In this document: in pieces, positions 38,822 through 51,042 of the stretch
Position numbering within the stretch: position 1 is the first letter of the stretch
Layout: each line of letters starts with the position of its first letter
NCBI RefSeq assembly: GCF_000315625.1
Contig: NW_005434670.1
Location: 492,054-556,053 of the forward strand
DNA length: 64,000 bases
Direction of reading: 5' to 3'
Origin: Guillardia theta CCMP2712
Taxonomy: Eukaryota > Protista > Cryptophyta
The notes under the pieces: model-generated
The model's input: the letters and a program-made list of their open reading frames with translations, nothing else
Told to the model about the DNA's origin: nothing
Databases searched by the model: none
Translations under genes and position numbers: made by a program

Positions 38822-40184
38822 TCAGTCCGAGTCGTCCGATTCGTCCGAGTCGTCTCGCATCTCCTCCGGCAGTTTTGCGCCTTGACGGAACAGCGTCAGG
38901 TCGGATAGGATGGAGAGAACGAATGTCACCGGGGGGGGCTGGCGAGTCCGGGTCCCTCTCGATCATTTCCGGGTCTACTCCCTCCTGGGACTGAAACCAA
39001 GTGAGGGGCGAGTAGGAGGGCAGCAACCGCCGCTTTCACCATCTTCATCTTCACAGCAGGCTTCGGGACTCCCATCTTGAGCATCTTGAAGTACTTGGAG
39101 TACCGAGCGTCGTCCTTGAGGAGAATGACGGGCTCTGAGGACCAGACGTGAGCAAGAAAGGAGGTGGGGAGGAAGGGAGAGGGAAGGACGAAGGGCGGGA
39201 AAGGGAGGGAGGGAGGGCAGGTCGGACAGGGAGGGGTTGGACGGAAGGACGTAGTCACGGAGAGGAACGAATTGGGGGACGGCGGGGTGGGAGGGGGGGN
39301 NNNNNNNNNNNNNNNNNNNNNNNNNNNNNNNNNNNNNNNNNNNNNNNNNNNNNNNNNNNNNNNNNNNNNNNNNNNNNNNNNNNNNNNNNNNNNNNNNNNN
39401 NNNNNNNNNNNNNNNNNNNNNNNNNNNNNNNNNNNNNNNNNNNNNNNNNNNNNNNNNNNNNNNNNNNNNNNNNNNNNNNNNNNNNNNNNNNNNNNNNNNN
39501 NNNNNNNNNNNNNNNNNNNNNNNNNNNNNNNNNNNNNNNNNNNNNNNNNNNNNNNNNNNNNNNNNNNNNNNNNNNNNNNNNNNNNNNNNNNNNNNNNNNN
39601 NNNNNNNNNNNNNNNNNNNNNNNNNNNNNNNNNNNNNNNNNNNNNNNNNNNNNNNNNNNNNNNNNNNNNNNNNNNNNNNNNNNNNNNNNNNNNNNNNNNN
39701 NNNNNNNNNNNNNNNNNNNNNNNNNNNNNNNNNNNNNNNNNNNNNNNNNNNNNNNNNNNNNNNNNNNNNNNNNNNNNNNNNNNNNNNNNNNNNNNNNNNN
39801 NNNNNNNNNNNNNNNNNNNNNNNNNNNNNNNNNNNNNNNNNNNNNNNNNNNNNNNNNNNNNNNNNNNNNNNNNNNNNNNNNNNNNNNNNNNNNNNNNNNN
39901 NNNNNNNNNNNNNNNNNNNNNNNNNNNNNNNNNNNNNNNNNNNNNNNNNNNNNNNNNNNNNNNNNNNNNNNNNNNNNNNNNNNNNNNNNNNNNCCGTCAA
40001 GGCTGTCGAACATGTTCACACCTTGTGGCTGAGCTGGTGCTGGAGGAGCAGCCGGAGGTTCAGCGCTGACGTTGGTCACTTGCGCTTCTGGACCTGTATG
40101 AATCTGCGCGGCTGTGGTTGAGCCACTGGGAGCGCTGGAAGTAGAGGAGGAGGGAGCCTCGTTGGGGGGCGCGTTTGTCGCTGC

Positions 40185-40276
<92 letters not shown>

Positions 40277-40546
40277 TGACAAGGAGGCTCCGGGGGATGC
40301 TCTCTAGCTTGGCCTCGAGGATGATGAGGGTCGTCGATATCCTTCCCAAGTCGTACTCCACTTGCTTCAGCTTCTTGTCGCATCGCGACGCAAATCGGTT
40401 GAGGAACTGAGTGGTGGACACGACGAACTGCCAGAGGATCGCTGAGAGGGCGCGAGGAGGAGGTAGGGGCTCACCTGGTTGACCAGACTCGCTGTGACCT
40501 TGTAGTTGACTGCACGGACGTGCGACAGGTTGATCTTGCTCTCCAT
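38822..40546 (-). CDS. WASHC3: WASH complex subunit 3 (CCDC53) with polyQ; interrupted by an assembly gap
   Basis: LVNQFVVSTTQFLNRFASRCDKKL...TTLIILEAKLESIP and KDDARYSKYFKMLKMGVP...EGVDPEMIERDPDSPAP. Confidence 0.92.
39300..39993. other. Assembly gap (694 N)
   Basis: Run of N. Confidence 1.
40188..40274 (-). repeat. (CAG)29 coding polyglutamine tract
   Basis: Pure CAG run in frame with WASHC3. Confidence 0.9.
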
Positions 40547-41029
40547 CTTGACTCCTCCTCCTTCTCTCTATGACTCCATCTTATTCCCGGCCAAAGCGCA
40601 TGAGACTTCAGAAGAACTCCTGCCACATGTCTGAGGAACTATCAGCACAACAGCTCGAGAGAAATTGATGAGGAATCTTTCATTCGACACGGGATGTGTG
40701 CTCCCAACTCTTGCAAGCACATGCTGCACATAAAAACAGCTCCAGGCTCTGCTTCCCGTGTTTGTGGATTTCCAGCTAACCCACGTCGCACCGTCGCACT
40801 TCGGCGCAGACTCAGCAATTCCTACCTTGACGTCGCTATGCCCTACATGCTGTTTCGCTCGCTCCTCTCTCTGCCTGCCCTCTGTCTCTGATACACTCTC
40901 TTGCTTCTTCTTCCTCCTCGCTTCCTCCCCCTTCCTCCCTCCATCCTCGCATCCCTCCCTTCCCTCCCCCTTCTTCCTGCTTCGTCACATGGCGCGCCAT
41001 CGTGCCCGCCTCACTGATCATTCTGTTCC

Positions 41030-41450
41030 CTAGCAGGTTCCCTAGCCAGGCCCGGCCTGAGTCCGAGTGACAGACGGTGCCCGGTCGTACCCGGGCCGGG
41101 CCGGTGCCACGGTGAGTCCGACGGTCGCCCGGGGCCCCTGCAGCCCGGGCCCGGACCCGGCCGCCGCGGGGCCGGCGGCGGATCGGCGCCGAACCGTATT
41201 AACTCAGTCAACGGGACGAGGGCCGCGCCTGACACTCTTTTTTTTTTTGGTCACTGTCGCACAGGCCGCACGGCGAGAAGAGAAAAGACAGCGAGAACCA
41301 AACCTAATCCTGCCAACTGCTGTCCCCCAAACTTAACTGATACCTTCACTTAACTGCGCGCACTGGGACATTTCCCGGCCCGGCTGCGCTATGCCAGCGC
41401 TCGGACCGTCGTGACTCCCGGGTCGGACTATCCGCGGCCCAGGTACGCAT
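41030..41450. promoter_or_regulatory. Type A island upstream of WASHC3
   Basis: cccgggccgggccgg, gcccgggcccgg, ccgcgg and similar words. Confidence 0.45.
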
Positions 41451-42307
41451 ACCGGAAAGGCTTCCGAATGCACCCGCGATGATTTGACGGAATACAAGTT
41501 TGTTAGACTTGTACTAGTCCAAAGTCACGCAGACATCACATCGACCTTAGTTGTAACAAGACAGTTTTTGCTCAAGACCGAGTTTAATGCACACAAAACC
41601 AGAATTGAGGAGCACATGAGAGATAGACTGTATGCTAGGATGTGAAACCCAAGCATCCAGACATGAGAGGACCTTAGCAAGACGGCTAGGAAAGCCCCCT
41701 CTTCGTCCCACACGCTACATTGGCCGCCTCGAAACACGTAAGTCGTCTTGGTTTACAGGAGAGTTTTTGTTAACTCGGCGCTATCTGACTGGCACGGCTG
41801 GCATACGTTCCATCAGATGGCAGCGAAGGACAGGGAGGCCTTGAGCTGACGAAAGATCCTGGACCAGATGCAGTGACCGGCGTGCAGGCTCCGAGTCGCC
41901 GAGTCGCCGGACTGAGTACCGGCGGTAGCACTGCTTGCAGTCAAATTGAGCTTGGAATCATCGCAATGACGAGCGAGCTCAGAGTTCCGAGCGGCAGCGA
42001 TGATCGGACTCGATCGGTTTCAGGCGGCCCGGCAGAAGTTGTAATGGTTCAAGTAATGATGATGGCACAGGGCCCCAGACGGTCACGGTGGCACTCACAG
42101 ACGGTTGCATATTGAGTTCACTGTTCATGCCACGCCGGATTGACGCGCTGCGAGTCTACTTTCAGCCCCCGCAAAACAGTCAGCCAGGTTGAACGACCGC
42201 GAGTTGTGGTGCACACTGTAAGAACTTGTCGGAGTCTCCGTGTGCCTCTTTCACATGCAACTTTACAATAAATTACGATTTCAGATCCAAAAAAGTGATG
42301 CGACGGG

Positions 42308-43371
42308 TTAAATCTTGACGAAAACCCTCTGACGAGAATACAACTTGATAGCCTTGTCCACCTCGTTCAATTTGGTCTGCGCAGAATTCAGGAAAAGTCA
42401 TGAAGGATGGCACGATGAAACGAGTCACCTCGAGCGAAGTTTTCTGCCTGTCGAGGGAGGGCGTGTCGATAATGCAGGGGAGATCTGCTAAAGCGCGCAG
42501 CAGCTTCAGTTTGTGCTCATCGAGCTGCGCAAGAACAGCCTTCCTGTCCTCGTCCTGCATTCTGTTTAGTCGTTCTTGTCTTGAAAAGATCTCACCCTCA
42601 CTTTCATTAGCCGCATGCCTGGCGGACAATCGTCTGGGAATTCGTGCATGTGTTTGATAGTCTCCTCCCTTTTTCTCAGCATCTCTTCTTTGCGCTTGAT
42701 GATGTAGCTCGGAACCTTACCATAGCTCTCATGCCTGTTGAAGGCAGCGACGTCATAAAGTGGTCAATAGGAAGAGGAAAGGTCATACTTGTCGGACGGG
42801 CTCTGGTTGAGGTTCTGCTGCTTGAGGGGAGTCTGGCTGCTGGCTCGAATGACTTCGAGAGCGTTTCGTTTGACGTAGTCGACATCCTTCCTCGCGCTAT
42901 TTGCTTCCACGGACTTGAAGGTCTCACGAGTAGGAACAGGAGGCTTCATCTTCAGCCTCGTTCGCTCTGCCTCGTAATCCTGAGAGCGGCGATCGCAAAC
43001 TCTCTGAACGCCCTCCCCCTTCCGGATGAAAGCATGCCCGGCTGTCGTCGGCCTCTCCAACTCGCTGCGATTCAGGTTCTCTTTCACTTGACTCGTGGCG
43101 TTCTTGAACCGAGCGAGCTTGAAGGGCTCTGGGGCCGTTCTTGGCCTGGCCATCTCCGACTCGGATCGAGCTTGTTGCATCTCCTGTATCCTCCTCACAT
43201 TCTCACGCGCATGATCCTTGGGCTTGATGCCCTGCCGCTTGAGTGCTTCCCGTTCATTCGCAACTGCCGCTCAGTCAGATGTCACCCGGCATCAAGGGAT
43301 CTCTCACTTGGATATAGTATCGCGCGCATGACGCAGCCATCCGACTGCCTCGCTATCCCACCACGGGGCAT
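42308..43371 (-). CDS. ENKD1: Enkurin domain-containing protein (ENKD1-like, ciliary)
   Basis: KPKDHARENVRRIQE, PFKLARFKN, KPPVP, DYVKRNA, YGKVPSYIIKRKEE, CPPGMRLM, and LE-TKLNEVDKAIKLYSRQRVFVKI*. The start codon is tentative. Confidence 0.85.
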
Positions 43372-43581
43372 CTTGATGCTACAGCACTTGCGACCCCCTG
43401 CAGAGAGCCATAAGAATTCCTGGAGTAGCAGAACCTTTTGCGAAAGAATGTACAACATGGCAGCCAATAGCTTGCCCGCTGACGGTCTCCTCCTCCCCCT
43501 CCCCCTCCTCCTCCTTCTCCATATCTACTGACTGGCCCCCACGTCTTCCCTGTCCCCCCCCTCCTCCCTTCCTTCAATTCT

Positions 43582-43821
43582 CCCTCGCTCCCTCGCTCCC
43601 TCGCTCCCTCGCTCCCTCGCTCCCCCGCTCCCCCGCTCCCTCGCTCCCCCGCTCCCCCGCTCCCTCGCTCCCTCGCTCCCCCGCTCCCACGCTCCCCCGC
43701 TCCCTCGCTCCCTCGCTCCCTCGCTCCCACGCTCCCCCGCTCCCTCGCTCCCTCGCTCCCTCGCTCCCTCGCTCCCTCGCTCCCTCGCTCCCTCGCTCCC
43801 TCGCTCCCTCGCTCCCTCGCT
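43582..43821. repeat. Octamer microsatellite (CCCTCGCT)n with CCCCCGCT/CCCACGCT variants, about 30 units
   Basis: Directly visible, next to a 100-N gap. Confidence 0.95.
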
Positions 43822-43837
43822 GACTCTCGTCAGAGGC

Positions 43838-43937
43838 NNNNNNNNNNNNNNNNNNNNNNNNNNNNNNNNNNNNNNNNNNNNNNNNNNNNNNNNNNNNNNN
43901 NNNNNNNNNNNNNNNNNNNNNNNNNNNNNNNNNNNNN
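43838..43937. other. Assembly gap (100 N)
   Basis: Run of N. Confidence 1.
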
Positions 43938-44399
43938 AAAAAAAAACCCCCAGGGTTGGGCAGACTATACGTCGATCCATGCCGCATCGGAAAACAGAAG
44001 GGCAGTGCGCGGGAGAATCTCATCTCCCTCACACACTTTATTTCAGACGTATCCTTGAGGATATCATTGTAGGGCAATTAATATATTTAGCTAATAATAA
44101 GTATTTTAGACAAAAGATACGGACATAGGCTCACCCCCCAGTAAATGGATAGTAGGCCAGGTGGGGTACCTGACTACCTCAGCGGGTACCCACCCTACCC
44201 GGATGTACTGTAATGGGGGATAGGAGGAGGTGGGGTGGGAGCCCCAGCAATCCTTGAGAGAAGGGCAAGCTGGGGTGGTAGTTTCAGGGGAAAAGGAGGG
44301 GTGCATTTGTTTACCTCTGATCTGTGGGGGATCATGGCGGGACCGTAATCCAGAAGGAGGGCAGAGGAGGAGGAGGAGGAGCGAGGAGGATAGGATATC

Positions 44400-47300
44400 A
44401 TGATGAAGGACATGATGGCCATGTTGTCCAAGAGGTCCTCGCGCATCCGCTTGAGTGGAGACCTGAAGAAGATGCTCTTCCACCGCTTCAGGAGGGGCTC
44501 CATCGTGATATGTGCGATTGGACTTGTGGGAATGGCGAGCATTGTGGTGCAGCATTACGGGATCATTCCGCTCATCAAGACCATAGATTCAAAGAAAGGA
44601 ATGCTCTCCCTGAAAGAAAACGCATCGGCTCAAAATGCAGCCAACGCTCTGAAAAACCATACGTGTGCGGGGTTTGCCCTTAAGCGTGACACGGATATAG
44701 CAGGAGGCGATCTGACGAACACGAAAACTGAGAGCATGGAGGAGTGCTGTTCCATCTGTTCCAATCATACAAGCTGCACGGCATGGTCATTCGTTCATTC
44801 GGATTCCCAATGCTGGGTCAAGTCATCAGTGTTCACACCCTCGTCCAAGGTGAACGTGACATCGGGGTTGAAGACGCAGTCCTCTGGTATTGGCGGCCCT
44901 GAAGACTTCGACAGTGAGATTCATCGCCTCAAGGAAGAGAGCAAGGAAGCGAACGCGGTACTTCCCCTTGCCCATGTGTCATCCCACGTTCCTGACGAGT
45001 CTTCAGGTGGACTGTTGCAAAGATGTACGAAATCGCTTCCATCTGATAGACTTCTCTGACCTCTGACGATTTCCTCTCAAGCTGTTTCGTTATGGATCCC
45101 CGACGGCAACGGGAGACAATGAAAGGCCCATCCTTTGGATGGACACTCCTTCGGGAGATTTCTCATCAGGTGCAATTGTAGGTCTTTCAAATCGGAGTTG
45201 ATGTTTTCTTGCTGTAGCATTCCCGATCGGAAATGGAAGGCTGGGTGCCTTGCTGCACTTTGACCCCTGGAAGGATCGCATGGAGCTGAGTTTTGATGCT
45301 GTATCGCTTACTAGCATAGGATCGTCTGCTGAACAATGACGTAGGTTTGGACTGGAAGCCCTTACCACGGAGAGGGTTGCCCAGACAACCTAAAGATGAA
45401 ACCTGTAAGAATCGCCAGCTTCAACGTCGTCTGCTCAATCTGATCTTCTCCACGCAGAGCGAACTTGTGCCTCAGGCGACACCAACCATGAAATGGACAG
45501 GACCTCACCAGGACAAGTTCATCCCAGGGCAGGTGTCCAACCAGAAGTACACGAGCCTTGACGAAGCCAAGAAAGCTTGCATAGAGATGGCAACTTGCGG
45601 TGGCTTGACTTCAGAGGGAGCAGCAGGCACCTCGTGGTTCCTGCGCGGGCCTGGGAGTCAGCTGAATGACTCTCCTAGCAAGGAGATCTCATGGCTGCTT
45701 GAAGGGAGGACCGTGAAAAAAGAAGACGATTTTTTTACATTTCAAAACGCCAGAAAGACCGCTTTTCAAGGGAACTTTGGGGAAACAGAAAAACTGATGG
45801 ATCGACTGACGGCAGGAGCGAAACTAAGCTCGTACGAATACCTCGCGCAGCTGGACATGGATTTTCGGCGCCTTCCATTCTCGGACCTCAAGGCTTACAG
45901 TCGTAGGCTGCAGCTAGATAATGCCGTGGCTACATCGAGCTTCGAGATTGAGCGCAAGCCTTCTGCGAGCGATAACAACGAATCCACTGCAAGAGACTCT
46001 CATTCCATTCAGAGCAAGCATTCAAGGACTGCGTTTGCCAGTAAGCCAGACGAAGTCCTCTGGGTTCGACAAGAATGCGTGGAGAAACAGCAGGGATGCA
46101 TGGCAGTTGACTACATGCTCACCCGGACCAATCAAAATCTCTTCAATGCCTCTCTTCATTCGTTGGTTATTGACAATAAGGACGAGGAATACGGCTTTCT
46201 CAAGCTTCACCCTTTGGACTTGTACGCTAACGGGTACGGAAATGTTGGTTATTTCGCCTGTGCAGCGATTTTGCCCGAGAAGAATCAAGCTGGATTCATG
46301 AAGGCTCTCCCAAACAGAATAAGTGTGGAAGGCTATCAAAGGGTGGACGTTGTGATTGCAGCAGAGACTCGCTATTCGAGAGATGGGGATGCTACCCTTG
46401 TTGACCCTCAGACGCTGGAGGGCTCCTGCAGGGCCAAGCTCACTCGTGCTCTTTCCAAGGGATTCTCGAAAGTTCTAGAGTCCCACAAAGAAGACTATTC
46501 CAAGCTCTTTGGCAGGACTCAGCTGAATCTCGCGACGGCCATGAACGGAAGTATTTCCTCGAGAAGTTGCGATGGGAGCTTGACTACTCCTGAGCGAGTG
46601 GCTCGTTACGACAGATACTGCAAGAAACCCTCCAACTCTCGCAGTACGAAGAAAGAGAGGGTCAGAATGGTCGACACAGGTCTGCAACAACTCTTCTTCG
46701 ACTTCGGCAAATATCTCCTCATCTCCTCGTCGCGCGAAGGGGTAAGCTTACCCGACCCCCTTTCTCCTACTGTGCTCTGACTTACCAGCATTCTGAGACG
46801 TTGATGGACAGGGCCAACCTGCCAACCTAGTGGGGATATGGGCGGAGGGAGAGAGATCGCCTTGGAACGGCGACTATCACTTGAACATCAACATGCAAAT
46901 GATGTACTGGGCTGCCGACATCCTAAACCTCCCCGAGACTGTGGAGCCCCTCTTCCCCTTCATGGCCAAACTTGCTCAGAACGGAAAGATCGCGGCGGAG
47001 TGCATGTACGGCTCCCCTGGCTGGGTGGCGCACGGCTTCACAGACATCTGGATGAACGCTCGGCCACTCGGAGCGCCCGAGTGGTCGATGTGCCCTGTGT
47101 GCGGCGCATGGATGGCATTACACCTGTACGACTCGTATCGGTTCAACAGGGACAAGTCGCAACTGGTCGAGCAGACGCTCCCATTGCTCTCAGGAGCTGT
47201 GGAGTTCTTCCTGCAGTACCTGATCCCTGCTCCCGACGACAGCTGTCTGCTCAGTGGTCCTTCTCACTCCCCAGAGAACAGCTTCAAGATCGACGCGAGT

Positions 47301-49285
47301 GTAAGACGCTCAAGCTGTTGTCACGAATCCTGTTGCTGACCCTCGTTTCTTGTTGGCAGTTCTACCAAATCACCATGTCGCCCGCAATTGACACTGCTGT
47401 GATCTTCGAGCTCTTCTCGGCATACCTGGACGGCTGCCTGTCGTTGGGATGCCATGAAGCCTCTCAGGACGACTGTCAAAGAGCGAAGTGCCACTTAATG
47501 AGCAAGGCAAACATGACCAGGTCGAGGCTGCCCAACAAGGGCTTCCCCACCGTCGATGCCGAGGGGGTTCTACAAGAGTACTACCGCTGGTCCAAGATGC
47601 GGTCTCATTCCGTTGCAGACCAGGGCCACAGGCACTTCTCTCCTCTCTTCAGTTTGTTCCCGGGCGAGCAGATCAACCGGCATGAGTCGCCGGAGCTGAC
47701 GGCTGCTGCAAGGAAACTCCTCGATGTCAAGATGTCTAGCGGCAGTGGACACACTGGGTGGTCGTCCGCCTGGGCAGGGTCCCTTCACGCCAGGCTCGGG
47801 GATGGGAATGGGGTACAGAAGATGGTGGATCGCATGCTCGGTCGGTTTGTGATGGGCAACTTGCTGTCGACTCATCCTCCCCTGACGTCGAGCGTGGCCA
47901 ACTGCAAGACATGCTTCAAGGAGGCTACCATGCCCATCAACGAGATCTACTGGGGGATGACGGGGGGGACGGCAAGGAACTTCATTGCCCGAGACGAATC
48001 GAAGTTTCAGCTGGACGGCAACCTGGGGTATCTGTCCCTGGTGGCAGAGTCGCTGATCCAGAGCAGGGATCGAAGATGCTACTGCAGCCCCAAGGTACTG
48101 CCTCTCTCCTACTTGCGCTGCCCGTTGACCCCGACTTGTAGGCGGCAAGCAGTTCGGCGAACGTGACGTCAGCAGGGGCGCGCCGGGTGCGCAGGCTGCG
48201 GAACCTCCTCAATGACCGCAGGCGGCATCGCACCCGCGCCCTCCTGAATGCGTCCGCGCAAGATGGAGGCAACAGCTCCGACCTTCCGAGCTCAGTCAAC
48301 GTCTCAACTGGTCTCCCGATCGTGAGCCCTCCGAGTGATGTACGAAGGCTGCTGTTTAATCTCCTGCTCTCAATTTCGTCCCCTCTCAGGTCCCTGTGAT
48401 CAATGCCCCCTTCAGCCTTAACTCGACAGCCGAATCGCCGTCGGCGGACAAGACGGCGAAGCAGGCTGGGCTGCACAGCGGCCTCCTCCCCATGTGCGTC
48501 AGAGAGGTCGAGGTTGCGCGGGAGTGACGGTTGGCAGGTTGCTCCTGCCTCCCTGGTCCTTCACCAAGGAGCAGTCCAAGGACCAGTCACAAGTGGAGCA
48601 GCCGAGCTGCAGGTAGTCGCTCTCAGTCGCTCTACCCCCGGGACCACAAGCAAGTGACCTCCTGCGCCAGGTGCTCCCATCCCTCGGAGAGCGTCTGCGA
48701 GATCGACTTGCTCCCAGCAGTTCCGTCGGACTGGAGCGACGGGTCGGTCAGGGGGCTCCGCACCCGCTGCGGCATCTCGGTCCTCAGCGATGGCGCTGGC
48801 GCAGCAGCAGCTGCTGACGTAAGAGCAGGTGGACATGGAATGGAAGCACTACAAGCTGGTCAGCGCCACTGTGAGTGCTCGTTGCTCTCTGCATGCTCGG
48901 GTTGTCTTGTTGACTGTGCGCGGACCAGATCCGCCGCTACGACAAGTCCTCCTCCCCTGTCAAGATCCGATCACGCAACGGACAGCTCGTCCAAGATACG
49001 GTGATTCTTCGCTCCCCTCCGCTCCCCTACCCCTCACTCTCGCTTCATCCCCCGCACCTTCCTCCTCCCCTCCTCGCTCCTCCCTCCTGTTGCTCCACCA
49101 GCGCTGAATCTCCCGGGTGGCAGCACAAAGGATCTTCTCTAGCCAAGGCATTCTCCTGGGGTTGGCGTCAGAAGTCCAACATCCGCATCGTCGGCGACGA
49201 ACAGGACCCGACCGTCACGACCATCCTGGACCTGGGGCAGGAGGCAGGGGACTTGACCCTGATCCCCTCGTTCAAGGCCTCGTAG
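44400..49285 (+). CDS. GH95 alpha-L-fucosidase-like enzyme with type II membrane anchor and PAN/apple module(s), multi-exon
   Basis: FPIGNGRLGA, LFFDFGKYLLISSSREG, PANLVGIW..PWNGDYHLNINMQMMYW, PSHSPEN, GHRHFSPLFSLFPG, GHTGWSSAW, FQLDGNLG, LLPAVPSDWSDGSVRGLRTR. The PAN motif is ECCSICSNHTSCTAWSF..CWVK. Confidence 0.93.
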
Positions 49286-49524
49286 GGCCCCTTGTGCTAT
49301 TTCTTTATTCATTCATCCTGTGCATTAAAAACCTCCGACTAACCCTCCTCCCTCGCACCATCAGCTGCCTCCGCCGCAGCCTGCTCCGTCACTCCCGCTC
49401 TCTCCTTCTCTACCCATTCCTTCCAACTCCGCATCCCCCCGGGGGATCGAATTTCTCCCCTTCCTCCTGGTCCCCCCCTCCCCTTCTCCCTTCCCCTTCG
49501 TCCTCGTCCTCTTCCTCTTCCTCT

Positions 49525-49557
<33 letters not shown>

Positions 49558-49689
49558 CCTCACTTCCCCTCCATGGATCGCCCGGACTGTATCTCATCTG
49601 GGAACCCTCCAACACAAAGAACGCGAAAAGAAACAAAAAATTAAAAAAAACAGAAAGAAAAAGAAAAATGATTTTCTTTTTTCTGTTAA

Positions 49690-50020
49690 AAGTATTGTAG
49701 GTGGTACTCTACCCTGGCACCGACCCAGAGCAGGACCCCCTTGTTTTCTAGCCCTTCCCATATTCTCTGTCCCTCCCTATCCCCTTTCTAGGACCTCCCT
49801 ACGGCATCGTCAAAAAATTTCAGGACCCTATCCCCTGGTCGAAGATGACCCCCCACCTCCGAGATTTCTACTACCCCTACGCCCGAGGAAACTTTAGAGG
49901 ATATAGTACCCCCCCTCATGATCTCCCCTTGTGCTTCTACCAAATCCTAATCTTAGTACCCTACCCCATCTCTAGGACCACCCCATGTATTGTGGATTTG
50001 TACCCCCCACCCCCACCCTC
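49690..50020. promoter_or_regulatory. Type B island upstream of PP4R3
   Basis: Repeated taccc, ggaccc and ccccaccc words. Confidence 0.4.
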
Positions 50021-51042
50021 CCTTGCAGTGAAGCATGCGAGGAAGCGGCGGCGGCGGGATGCAGGAGGGGGAGGAGGGGAGGGAAGCGAAGGAGGAGGAG
50101 GAGGTAGCGATGGCTCGAAACAAGAGGAAGAGTAGGACGAGGAGACTGGGCTGGATGGTCTGAGAAAGCGCTGGATGCGGTTGTCCTTGGGAAGGCGTAA
50201 GAGAGTTCAAATGCACGCAGCAAGCGCAGGAAAGTTAGATCAGGGTGAAAAGGCGACATGGTGGCTTTGTTTGCAGTGAGGGAGGCAGTTCAAGAAGCGT
50301 ATCCGCACAAAATTAACTGTGAGAAGTGGCAAAGTAGAAATGAGGACGCCTATAAAAGGCTGCGCGCTCTCAGACTGCAGAAAAGGACGGTTTCGCTTAG
50401 TTGGCATGGTCTCCGACATGGGCACTAAGTTTTAGTACCATGCTGTGTACTTTTCTCAGTCAGATTGGCATAATGTTTTCACGCTGGAGAGTGAAGGCTG
50501 GATCTCGGTGGCATGTTGTCACGTTATGAGGACAATGGCTCAGTTGCTTGTAGCTGCTACCGAGTACTCGTGATAGTTTCTAGACAGCAGAGGACATTTT
50601 GTTACGATGCCCTTTAATTCAGATACGTGGATGTTTCAACAACGTTGAACTTTAGGCGGAGTAGATTCTTTGAGTCCCAGTCGTATGTCTGCAAACAGTG
50701 GGGTTAGATGGTGCTTGCATGAAAGATCTGAACTTCTCTTTTTCTCCCTCAAATCAAATTTCTGTTGGTCTGCTTTCTTTTAGATAGTAGTATCCTACAA
50801 GGTGTGAGACTCCGATCCGTTCCATAATGGAGGAGTAATTCGTTAGATCCTTGCGCCTTTTTCATTACTTCGCTCCCTCGTTCCTGGATCGATTGCTGAC
50901 AGAAGGTTTTGTGACAGTTGTCTGGGAAGGGAGGGAAGAACATGGCGAGGTGTGTATTTCCTTCTATGAAGGTAGACGCGTGTTGACACTGCTGTGTGGC
51001 AGGTTGTGAGCAGCCAACAAACCCTGTAACCACATTCACAGA

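Noticed and set aside
38975-40069. Long ORFs spanning the gap
   Set aside because: Artefacts of translating N runs.
41230-41870. Poly-T tract and broken ORF-like text as a retroelement tail
   Set aside because: No TSD, RT motif or second copy in the window.
42644-43531. 295-aa plus-strand ORF
   Set aside because: Antisense to the ENKD1 coding exons.
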